Assembly: GCA_963833875.1 (NCBI GenBank)
Contig: CAWHZM010000002.1
Coordinates: forward strand, 1,260,104-1,324,103
From: an uncultured Acidobacteriaceae bacterium
GTDB lineage: Bacteria; Acidobacteriota; Terriglobia; Terriglobales; Acidobacteriaceae
DNA: 64,000 nt
Direction of reading: 5' to 3'
Shown: positions 50,528 through 57,851 of the stretch, one piece after another
Numbering within the stretch: position 1 is the stretch's first letter
How the letters are laid out: every line of letters starts with the position of its first letter
Notes under the pieces: generated by a model
What the model was told of the DNA's origin: nothing
What the model saw: only the letters and a program-made list of their open reading frames with translations
Databases searched by the model: none
Program-made: the position numbers and the translations under genes

Positions 50528-51200
50528 TCGGGGGGCGCAGGTTTCAGCCGCTTGCCCGGGGCAGGCCTTGTCCGCACCCTCCCCGAACTGGCGCAGCCCT
50601 CCGCGGCTGGCGGTGAAGCGTCTGCTTGACATTGCAGTTTCGGCCAGCCTGATGATATTGCTTTCGCCGCTGGGACTGCTGCTGGCCGCGCTGGTAAAAA
50701 TGAGCTCCCCCGGACCGGTGTTTTATCGCTGGCGGGTGGTCGGAGTGGGCGGGCAGAGTTTCGACGGCTATAAATTTCGTTCGATGGTGGCCAATGCCGA
50801 CGCTCTCAAACCGCAACTGCTGCGCCAAAACGAAATGAGTGGGCCGGTTTTCAAGCTGACCGACGATCCCCGGATCACGGGCGTAGGCCGATGGATGCGA
50901 CGTTATAGCCTGGACGAGCTGCCGCAACTCTATAGCGTGCTGGCCGGAGACATGAGCCTGGTCGGGCCGCGCCCTCCGCTGGAGAGCGAGTATGCCCGCT
51001 TCACCAGTTTTCACCGGCAAAAACTGACGGTCAAGCCGGGCATCACCTGCCTATGGCAGGTCAGTGGACGCAACCGGATTCGGGATTTCGACGATTGGGT
51101 CCGGCTGGATCTGGAATACATTCGCACCTGGTCGTTGCGGCTCGACCTGAGAATATTGCTGCGCACCGCCCGCGAGGTTTTTCGCGGCTCCGGGAAATAA
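50490..51200 (+). CDS. small (PglC/WbaP-C-type) polyprenyl-phosphate glycosylphosphotransferase
   Basis: 236-aa ORF with one N-terminal membrane segment and YKFRSM, SLDELPQ, GDMSLVGPRPP and PGITCLWQVSG. Confidence 0.85.
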   Translation: MSILNKPALRLLSRGAQVSAACPGQALSAPSPNWRSPPRLAVKRLLDIAVSASLMILLSPLGLLLAALVKMSSPGPVFYRWRVVGVGGQSFDGYKFRSMVANADALKPQLLRQNEMSGPVFKLTDDPRITGVGRWMRRYSLDELPQLYSVLAGDMSLVGPRPPLESEYARFTSFHRQKLTVKPGITCLWQVSGRNRIRDFDDWVRLDLEYIRTWSLRLDLRILLRTAREVFRGSGK

Positions 51201-51227
51201 GCGGGTTTCTGCAGGGGGAGCTGGCTC

Positions 51228-52340
51228 GTGAAAATACTGGTAACGGGGGGAGCCGGATTCATTGGCTCGCATCTGGTCGACCGCTTTCTGCGCGAGGGTT
51301 TTCAGGTTCGAATTCTGGACAGTCTGGAGCCGAGGGTGCATCCCCGGGGACTGCCCAGCTATGTGCCTGCGGCTGCGGAATTCATTCGCGGAGAGGTGAC
51401 CGATCGCACCCTGCTGCTGGCCGCCCTGCAAGGCATCGACGTGGTTTCCCATCAGGCCGCCTACCAGGACTACATGCCGGACTTTTCCCGTTTTCTGCAG
51501 GTGAACGCGGTCAGCACCGCCCTGCTGTTCGAGCTCATTGTGGGCCATCGCCTGCCGGTCAAGAAAGTGATTGTGGCCTCCTCGCAGGCGGTGTATGGCG
51601 AGGGACAATATTTGTGCCGGCAGCACGGAAACTTCCGACCCGTGCCGCGCTCGCAGAAGCAGCTGCAGGATGGCGACTGGCACGTCGCCTGCCCGGATTG
51701 CGGCGAGTGCGCCCAGGCCCTGCCGCTCGAGGAGCGCTGGACCAATCCTTTTAATCAGTACGCCGTTTCAAAACTCTCCCAGGAGCAGACCGCGCTGGGC
51801 CTGGGTTGGCTGCACGGCATTCCGACGGCGGCTTTGCGCTATTCGATCACCCAGGGGAAGCGGCAGTCGCTTTATAACCACTACTCGGGGGTGTGCCGCA
51901 TTTTCTGTACCCGCTCGCTGCTGCAATTGCCCTTGATTTTGTATGAAGACGGGCGCCAAACCCGCGACTTCGTGCATGTCGACGATGTGGTCGAGGCCAA
52001 CCTGCTGGCGCTCGAAAAAGACGAGGCCAACGGGCAGGCCTACAACGTGGGCAGCGGCCGCGCCACCAGCATTCTTGACTATGCGCGCGAAGTGTTGATG
52101 CGGGTGAAAAACCCGGCGGGATTTGAGCTTTCCGGCGAGTATCGCCGCGGCGACAACCGGCACAGCGTCTCCAGCGTGGCCAAGTTAATGCGATTGGGAT
52201 GGGCCCCCAAACGAGGGCTGGACGATATCCTGAATGATTTCCTCGACTGGGTGGAAGCTTCGGGCGGAGTGCCCATGGATCTGCCCGACCCGACTGCGGC
52301 CATGCGGTCGGCGGGCGTTCTTCTGGGCGCCTCGAATTAG
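51228..52340 (+). CDS. extended-SDR NAD-dependent epimerase/dehydratase with Cys/His-rich insertion
   Basis: GTG start giving VKILVTGGAGFIGSHL, and catalytic YAVSKLSQE. An insertion of about 40 aa, CRQHG...WHVACPDCGEC, lies between them. Confidence 0.8.
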   Translation: MKILVTGGAGFIGSHLVDRFLREGFQVRILDSLEPRVHPRGLPSYVPAAAEFIRGEVTDRTLLLAALQGIDVVSHQAAYQDYMPDFSRFLQVNAVSTALLFELIVGHRLPVKKVIVASSQAVYGEGQYLCRQHGNFRPVPRSQKQLQDGDWHVACPDCGECAQALPLEERWTNPFNQYAVSKLSQEQTALGLGWLHGIPTAALRYSITQGKRQSLYNHYSGVCRIFCTRSLLQLPLILYEDGRQTRDFVHVDDVVEANLLALEKDEANGQAYNVGSGRATSILDYAREVLMRVKNPAGFELSGEYRRGDNRHSVSSVAKLMRLGWAPKRGLDDILNDFLDWVEASGGVPMDLPDPTAAMRSAGVLLGASN

Positions 52341-52417
52341 CCTGGAATTGAGCTCCGGAATCGGCAGGCGTTCCATGCCGGGGAAAGTCCTCGGGCTGCG
52401 CAAGTGTATCCAAGCTT

Positions 52418-52440
52418 TGCCGATAAGGACTCTATCGGCA
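52418..52440. repeat. perfect 8-bp inverted repeat TGCCGATA-N7-TATCGGCA in the 134-nt gap before the gmhA-like gene
   Basis: Read directly from the DNA. No T tract follows. Function unknown (operator or RNA hairpin). Confidence 0.6.
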
Positions 52441-52474
52441 GGGCATTACTGTTCCGAAATACAGTCCCTGCACC

Positions 52475-53206
52475 GTGATTTCAAACCACACACCCGAAGC
52501 CGTGACGATCGAAACCATGACGACCGAAACCATCAGCGCCGAATCTATGACCGAGATCATCTCCTCCGACACACTTATCTCCGAATCGCCGGTATTCAGT
52601 GCAAGGAATGCGGTGATCGAGTGCGACGTGCCTTCCTATCTGCAGGAGCTGTCCAGCACGATCCAGCGCCTGCCGGTGCAATCGATCAACCGCCTGGCTG
52701 AGGTGTTGCTCGGAGCCTATGCCCGCAGTCGGACGATTTACCTTTTTGGCAATGGGGGAAGCGCGGCCCTGGCCTCTCACTTGAGCTGTGACTTGGGGAA
52801 AGGCACCGTCCCGGGGGGTGGCGGGAGGCGCCTGCGGGCGGTGGCGCTGACCGACAATGTTGCCCTGATCACGGCCTGGGCCAACGATGCGCGTTATGAC
52901 AGCATCTTTTCCGAGCAGCTCGAGAATTTGCTCGATCCCGGCGATGTTGCCTTTGCCATCAGCGCCAGTGGAAATTCTCCGAATATTCTTGCCGGGCTCA
53001 GTTTGGCCCGCCGGGCTGGAGCGGTCACCGCCGGGGTGGCCGGTTTTCAGGGTGGGAAAATGAAGACTCTGTGTGACATCTGCGTGGTGGTTCCCTCGGA
53101 AAATATGCAGATCATCGAGGATCTTCATCTCTCGATTGCGCACGCGGTCTTTCGAGTGGTTCGGCAGCGCATGGAGAGGCCGATGGCGCGGGCGGCGTCA
53201 GTTTAA
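52475..53206 (+). CDS. gmhA: SIS-domain sedoheptulose-7-phosphate isomerase-like protein
   Basis: IYLFGNGGSAALASHLSCDL, AISASGNSPNIL and EDLHLSIAH match the GmhA pattern. The start is uncertain (GTG 52475, ATG 52517 or ATG 52547). Confidence 0.7.
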   Translation: MISNHTPEAVTIETMTTETISAESMTEIISSDTLISESPVFSARNAVIECDVPSYLQELSSTIQRLPVQSINRLAEVLLGAYARSRTIYLFGNGGSAALASHLSCDLGKGTVPGGGGRRLRAVALTDNVALITAWANDARYDSIFSEQLENLLDPGDVAFAISASGNSPNILAGLSLARRAGAVTAGVAGFQGGKMKTLCDICVVVPSENMQIIEDLHLSIAHAVFRVVRQRMERPMARAASV

Positions 53207-53283
53207 TTTTCAATGTTCTATCGGAAGCATCTTTGCGCCGAAGCACGGCACGGACAGCCGAAGACTACCCAGGTTCAAAAAAC

Positions 53284-54735
53284 ATGAAGTCGGATCAGTT
53301 TCATAGGCGGATTCTGGGGGCCGACCTGGCGTGGATTCCCGCCGCGCTGGCCACCGAACAGAGCCTGCACTGCTTGATCACCTCCACGCACTCCATATTA
53401 AGCGCAGCCGATTTTCTGGCGTACTTTGTCTGTGCGACCATGGGATGGATTCTGCTCTCGGAGCGCCTCGCCCTCGACGGCTTTCGGGGAGGATGGCGGC
53501 TGTCCTCCCTGGTATCTCACCTGCTCCTTGCCACCGCGCTCTTGGCCATGCTTCTGCTGGCTTTCGACCGCCTCACGGGTATGACGGTGGCGGTTTCGCA
53601 AATTAGCACATTCTCTGTATTGCTGCTGCTTGGATTTCTGGGCCTGCGCGGCATCGCGCTGCAAATGCTATTGCGCCGTCACCGCCAGGGCGACGTCAAC
53701 CGGGTCGTCATCCTCGGTTCTGACCGGTTGGCGACCGAACTGGCCAAAAAATTTGAGGATCATCCCGAATTTATGTGCAAGGTGGTCGGGTTTCTCTGCC
53801 CGATGGGAGAGTTTACCGCTTATCGCCAGCCCGCCGGTGCCGGCTTGCGAACCGTTTCGATGGTGGAAATGATCGATTTGTTAACCCACGAGCGAGTGAA
53901 TGAGTTAATCCTTGCGCACACTCCGGCGACCCACGAGATCCTGCAATTGATCGAGCGGTGCGGTCAGCGGTTTATCACCGTAAGCCTGATTCCGGAACCC
54001 TACGAACTCTATCTCTCTCGCCCCAGATTGATGGACCTGGGCGGGCTTCCGCTGCTGCAGCTGGCGGGATCGACGGTTCCGCTTCCTCCGAGCGTGGAAA
54101 AACGCCTGCTCGATGTGGGCTTGAGTTTAGCTCTCGCCCCACTGGCGGTGCCCGTGGTTCTCGGTTTCGGACTCGTTCTCCGTTTCTCGACCGGTAAGGC
54201 TTTTTGCTGGGAGAGCCGGGTAGGGCGCGACGGAGCTCTGTTCTCCATGCTGAGGTTGAATGTGGAGCGCGACGGCGACCAGCATGCGCCGTTCTTGTCG
54301 CGACTCAGCATCTCCGAACTGCCCCAATTATGGAACGTGCTCCGGGGAGAGATGAGTTTGGTCGGTCCGCGCCCCGAGGGCCCGGAACGGGTCAACCAGT
54401 ATTCGGCGTGGCAGCGGCAACGGCTGAAGGCACGGCCGGGAATCACCGGGCTGGCGCAGGTTTGCGGTTTGCGCGAGCAGCATTCCTCCGAGCAAAAAGC
54501 GCGTCTAGATCTGCAATATATGTTGCGTCCCTCGCTGCTGAAGGATCTTTCGCTCCTGATCGAGACCGTATGGACGCTGACTCGGCGATTGATCAAGATT
54601 TCTGCGGATGCTCTCGCAGCCGATTTGCCGCTAACCCCGGATACGGCAATCCGTCCGGTTCCACTTGCTCTAAACTTGCAACCCTTCCCGGAGGCCTTGC
54701 CGCATGCTCATCGGACGCAGCCCGGTTCGAATTAG
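53284..54735 (+). CDS. large polyprenyl glycosylphosphotransferase homologue with degenerate catalytic motifs
   Basis: Architecture matches 1308..2702 (TM bundle, Rossmann-like VVILGSDRLATELAKKF, C-terminal transferase domain). However KFRTM is LRLNV, DELPQ is SELPQ, and the segment between them is shortened. GEMSLVGPRPE and PGITGLAQV are kept. Confidence 0.75.
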   Translation: MKSDQFHRRILGADLAWIPAALATEQSLHCLITSTHSILSAADFLAYFVCATMGWILLSERLALDGFRGGWRLSSLVSHLLLATALLAMLLLAFDRLTGMTVAVSQISTFSVLLLLGFLGLRGIALQMLLRRHRQGDVNRVVILGSDRLATELAKKFEDHPEFMCKVVGFLCPMGEFTAYRQPAGAGLRTVSMVEMIDLLTHERVNELILAHTPATHEILQLIERCGQRFITVSLIPEPYELYLSRPRLMDLGGLPLLQLAGSTVPLPPSVEKRLLDVGLSLALAPLAVPVVLGFGLVLRFSTGKAFCWESRVGRDGALFSMLRLNVERDGDQHAPFLSRLSISELPQLWNVLRGEMSLVGPRPEGPERVNQYSAWQRQRLKARPGITGLAQVCGLREQHSSEQKARLDLQYMLRPSLLKDLSLLIETVWTLTRRLIKISADALAADLPLTPDTAIRPVPLALNLQPFPEALPHAHRTQPGSN

Positions 54736-55783
54736 TTTCGGCGGTGGTGGCACCGACCTTCCTTCATACTATGAGCAGTTCGGAGGGGCGGTGCTCAATA
54801 CCGCCATCGATAAGTACTTCTACACCATCCTGGGTAACCGGAGCGATGGCCGCATCCAGGTGATTTCTTCCGACCTTCGGCTGTTCGGAAATTGGAGCGA
54901 TCTGGCCGCTCTCCCTGCCGAGACCAGCGGTCTTGAAATTCCACTTGCCGTTCTGAAAGAGGTGGGCTGCGATTTCGCGGCCGACCTGTTCCTGGCCTCT
55001 GAAATCCCCCCCGGCACCGGTCTGGGCTCGTCGGCCAGCGTATGCGTGAATTTGCTGAAAGTCCTTACCACTTATTTGCGACGCCCAGTGTCGAAATACG
55101 ATCTTGCGGAACGGGCTTATCACATTACGCGCTTTGGACTGGGACGGCACGTGGGCAAGCAGGACGAGTATGCCTCCGCCTTCGGGGGTCTCAACTACAT
55201 TCGATTCGACCGCGATGGCGCCTCGAACGTCGAGGCGCTACGCGTCGACCCCGGGGTGCTCTCCGCCCTGCAGTCGCGGCTCTTATTGTTTTTTACCGGA
55301 GCGGCCCACCACTCGTGGGACATCCTGGCGGATCAGGAAAAGTCCACCCGATTGTCATCCGGAATCGCGATTGAAGCTCTGCATGAGATTAAGGAATCCG
55401 CCGCTCGCATGCGAGACGCTCTCCTGAAGGGCGATTTGGATCATTTTGGTCGTCTTCTTGACGGCGCGTGGCAGGCGAAGAAACGGGTTTCTTCCAGAAT
55501 TTCGAACCAGCGCATTGACCACCTCTACCAGACTGCCCGGAATCAGGGCGCAACCGGAGGCAAGATCACAGGAGCGGGTGGTGGCGGCTTCCTTTTAATC
55601 TACGCCGATCCCGAATGCCAGGAGAACGTGCGCCAAGCGATGCGATGCGAGGGCCTCCAGGAGATGGCTTTTATGTTTGACCACCAAGGGGCTCAGGTCA
55701 TCGTCAACGATCCCTTTATCGACCATGACGCGCGCGCCGGTTCCCGCTGGACTTTTCTCCCGCTCCCGGCTTGCGTCACCTAA
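54704..55783 (+). CDS. GHMP kinase, D-glycero-D-manno-heptose 7-phosphate kinase (HddA)-like
   Basis: MLIGRSPVRISFGGGGTDLPSYYEQFGGAVLNTAIDKYFY, PPGTGLGSSASV and GGKITGAGGGGFLL. Overlaps the upstream gene by 32 nt. Confidence 0.8.
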   Translation: MLIGRSPVRISFGGGGTDLPSYYEQFGGAVLNTAIDKYFYTILGNRSDGRIQVISSDLRLFGNWSDLAALPAETSGLEIPLAVLKEVGCDFAADLFLASEIPPGTGLGSSASVCVNLLKVLTTYLRRPVSKYDLAERAYHITRFGLGRHVGKQDEYASAFGGLNYIRFDRDGASNVEALRVDPGVLSALQSRLLLFFTGAAHHSWDILADQEKSTRLSSGIAIEALHEIKESAARMRDALLKGDLDHFGRLLDGAWQAKKRVSSRISNQRIDHLYQTARNQGATGGKITGAGGGGFLLIYADPECQENVRQAMRCEGLQEMAFMFDHQGAQVIVNDPFIDHDARAGSRWTFLPLPACVT

Positions 55784-56163
55784 GCCGCGCCCCCAAAGTG
55801 CGGCAAGATTGAAGGCGATAGACCAACGATCAAAGGTCAAAGATCAAGGGATCTCAAGATGAAAGATCGATGAAGCGGGCGCTCACCGATACCATCCCCA
55901 AGTGCCTTGTTCCCCATCCGCGATAGACCGCTGCTCCAAATCTGGCTCGACCTCTGTCTGCGCCACGGCAAGTGATGTTGGCCGGCCGGAGATTGCTCGA
56001 CCAGATCCCAACCTTTCTGCCAGCTGATACCGGCGGCCATCTCCTTCTCCGAATGTTCGGCAAGATGGCGGCTTATCCGATCGATGAATATCTCCTCGAT
56101 ATTGGAATGACCCCGAACTACCGAAGGGGCAGGCCACCTGGCCGGGACCCGTGTGATGTGAAT

Positions 56164-56907
56164 ATGAAAGATTGGGTTAATCAAGCCGGTAGTTCCGCAC
56201 ATGGTCTTCGCGGGGTCATCTTTGACATGGACGGCGTCCTGGTCGATAGTCATACCGCTCATTGCAATGCGTGGAGGTCATTTCTCGATTCGCTCGGGCG
56301 TGAAGCGCTTCCCTCGGATATGGCGTTTATTTTGGATGGCCGCAAGCGCATCGATATTTTGCGACACTTATTCGGGGATCTGCCAGAGAACGATCTGGAG
56401 GAGTTTGGCAAAAGTAAAGATTCGATCTTCCGGCAGATTGAAGTCACCGTTTCCGCGGTTCCAGGAGCCGTCCGCTTGGTGCGTGAGCTTCACCAGCGCG
56501 GTGTGGCTCTGGCGGTCGCCACCTCGGCGAGCCAAGGGCGTGCTCGATCAACTCTTTCGAGGTTGGGGCTGCTCGGTTTCTTCGATGCGGTGGTGACCGG
56601 CGACGATGTCTTGCGGGGAAAGCCCGATCCTGCAATCTACTCTCTAGCACGCGAGCGTCTGCAGCTCGAGGCTAAATATATTTTGGCAGTGGAAGATGCT
56701 GTCTCCGGGGTGCAGGCGGCGGTGGCTGCGGATCTTCGCTGTATTGGGATTGCTCTACACGAGTCGCCGGAGAAACTCATGGCGGCCGGAGCGCTCCTTG
56801 TGGTCCGCGAATTTAACGCCCTCAATTGGGAAGATATGAAGAATATGCTGCAGCGTCGCAACGCCGATGACGGCCAGATAGCAGCAACTGGCTCAATTAA
56901 CAGCTGA
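56164..56907 (+). CDS. HAD-IA family phosphatase (beta-phosphoglucomutase-like)
   Basis: VIFDMDGVLVDS motif I, VATSAS motif II and GKPDP...EDAVSG motifs III/IV. I chose ATG 56164; the track ORF starts at 55972. Confidence 0.75.
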   Translation: MKDWVNQAGSSAHGLRGVIFDMDGVLVDSHTAHCNAWRSFLDSLGREALPSDMAFILDGRKRIDILRHLFGDLPENDLEEFGKSKDSIFRQIEVTVSAVPGAVRLVRELHQRGVALAVATSASQGRARSTLSRLGLLGFFDAVVTGDDVLRGKPDPAIYSLARERLQLEAKYILAVEDAVSGVQAAVAADLRCIGIALHESPEKLMAAGALLVVREFNALNWEDMKNMLQRRNADDGQIAATGSINS

Positions 56908-57571
56908 GGCCCACCTCCTGGCAAACCTCAAGAATGGAAAGGCGGTCTGGAGCACCCAACTTGCGCAGCATGCGATGTACATGATTCTTGATGGTCTGCT
57001 CCGAGAGGTTCAACTGGCTGGCCATCTCTTTATTGGTCAGGCCCCGCTTGATCAGCCCCACCAGTTGTTGTTCTCGGCGGCTCAGCCCTAGGCTGGTCTT
57101 GAGCTGCACACTCGGCAAGGAGGGCTTGTGCTTAAAAATCCATTGAAATAACACCGCCGAGAGCGATGCTGGGCAGACGGCCTCCCCCGCCGCAACCGCG
57201 CGGATCGTCCGCGCCACCTCCGACGCGGATGCGTCTTTGAGAATGTAACCCACGGCACCAGCCTGTATTACCTTCAAAAAGACGGCCGCTTCCGGCTCCA
57301 TTCCAACCATTACCACCCGAATCGGTGAATTAATCCGCTGCAGCTCACGCACCACTCCCCGGTCCGACAGAACCGAAGCCACGGAGTCGAGCACAACCAC
57401 ATTCGCCCGTGTGGCGACGATCTGATCCAACACGTCGAAGCCGTAGCTGCCTGCTCCAACCACCTCGATATCGTCTTTCTTCGAAAGAATCCGTAGCAAC
57501 GCTTCTCGGAGAAGGCGGTTCTCAGCCAGTAAAAAAACGGCAGCTGGAAAGGTTAGAGTGATATTTTCCAT
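56897..57571 (-). CDS. LuxR/NarL-family response regulator with atypical receiver
   Basis: REC plus the C-terminal HTH LSRREQQLVGLIKRGLTNKEMASQLNLSEQTIKNHVHRMLRKLG. The receiver keeps the phospho-Asp (VVVLDS) and Lys (GYILKD) but has AE for DD and Gly for Ser/Thr. I chose ATG 57571. Confidence 0.85.
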   Translation of the reverse strand: MENITLTFPAAVFLLAENRLLREALLRILSKKDDIEVVGAGSYGFDVLDQIVATRANVVVLDSVASVLSDRGVVRELQRINSPIRVVMVGMEPEAAVFLKVIQAGAVGYILKDASASEVARTIRAVAAGEAVCPASLSAVLFQWIFKHKPSLPSVQLKTSLGLSRREQQLVGLIKRGLTNKEMASQLNLSEQTIKNHVHRMLRKLGAPDRLSILEVCQEVGLSC

Positions 57572-57735
57572 CGTCAAACTAGCCACCTGAATGCGCTTAG
57601 CTCGGTCACCTTCCAACGCTAGGCGTTGAGCGAACGCAAGGTCAAGGGAAATGCCCGCCTTTCGATAGTTCGGTTCCCGGCACGGGAAGCCGGATCATCC
57701 CTCCTAAATCGGTTTGCGGATAACCTCGCTGAAAC

Positions 57736-57765
57736 TTGACCCGTTCCGCAACGCGCTGTTATTTT
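57736..57765 (+). promoter_or_regulatory. candidate sigma70-type promoter (TTGACC-N18-TATTTT) upstream of the 1294-aa gene
   Basis: Hexamers read by eye, about 90 nt upstream of ATG 57852. The 18-nt spacing is suboptimal and there is no other support. Confidence 0.2.
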
Positions 57766-57851
57766 CCTCCTAACTAAGTGGTTCTATTATTCTCGGGGGC
57801 GTAGCTCTGAGTTGGGATGAGCAAAAGAACAGTCCGTCGCCCGTCAATCCG

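Noticed and set aside
55837-56262. 141-aa minus-strand ORF filling the gap between the GHMP kinase and HAD genes
   Set aside because: Its 5' part is antisense to the HAD gene and there is no convincing start or motif. The central part (..IEEIFIDRISRHLAEHSEKEM..) is mildly protein-like, so a small gene or relic cannot be fully excluded.
38186-56907. GC-rich locus 2 as a discrete mobile genomic island
   Set aside because: No integrase, transposase, tRNA attachment site or flanking direct repeats are visible. Compositional difference alone, from spot counts, does not define a mobile element.
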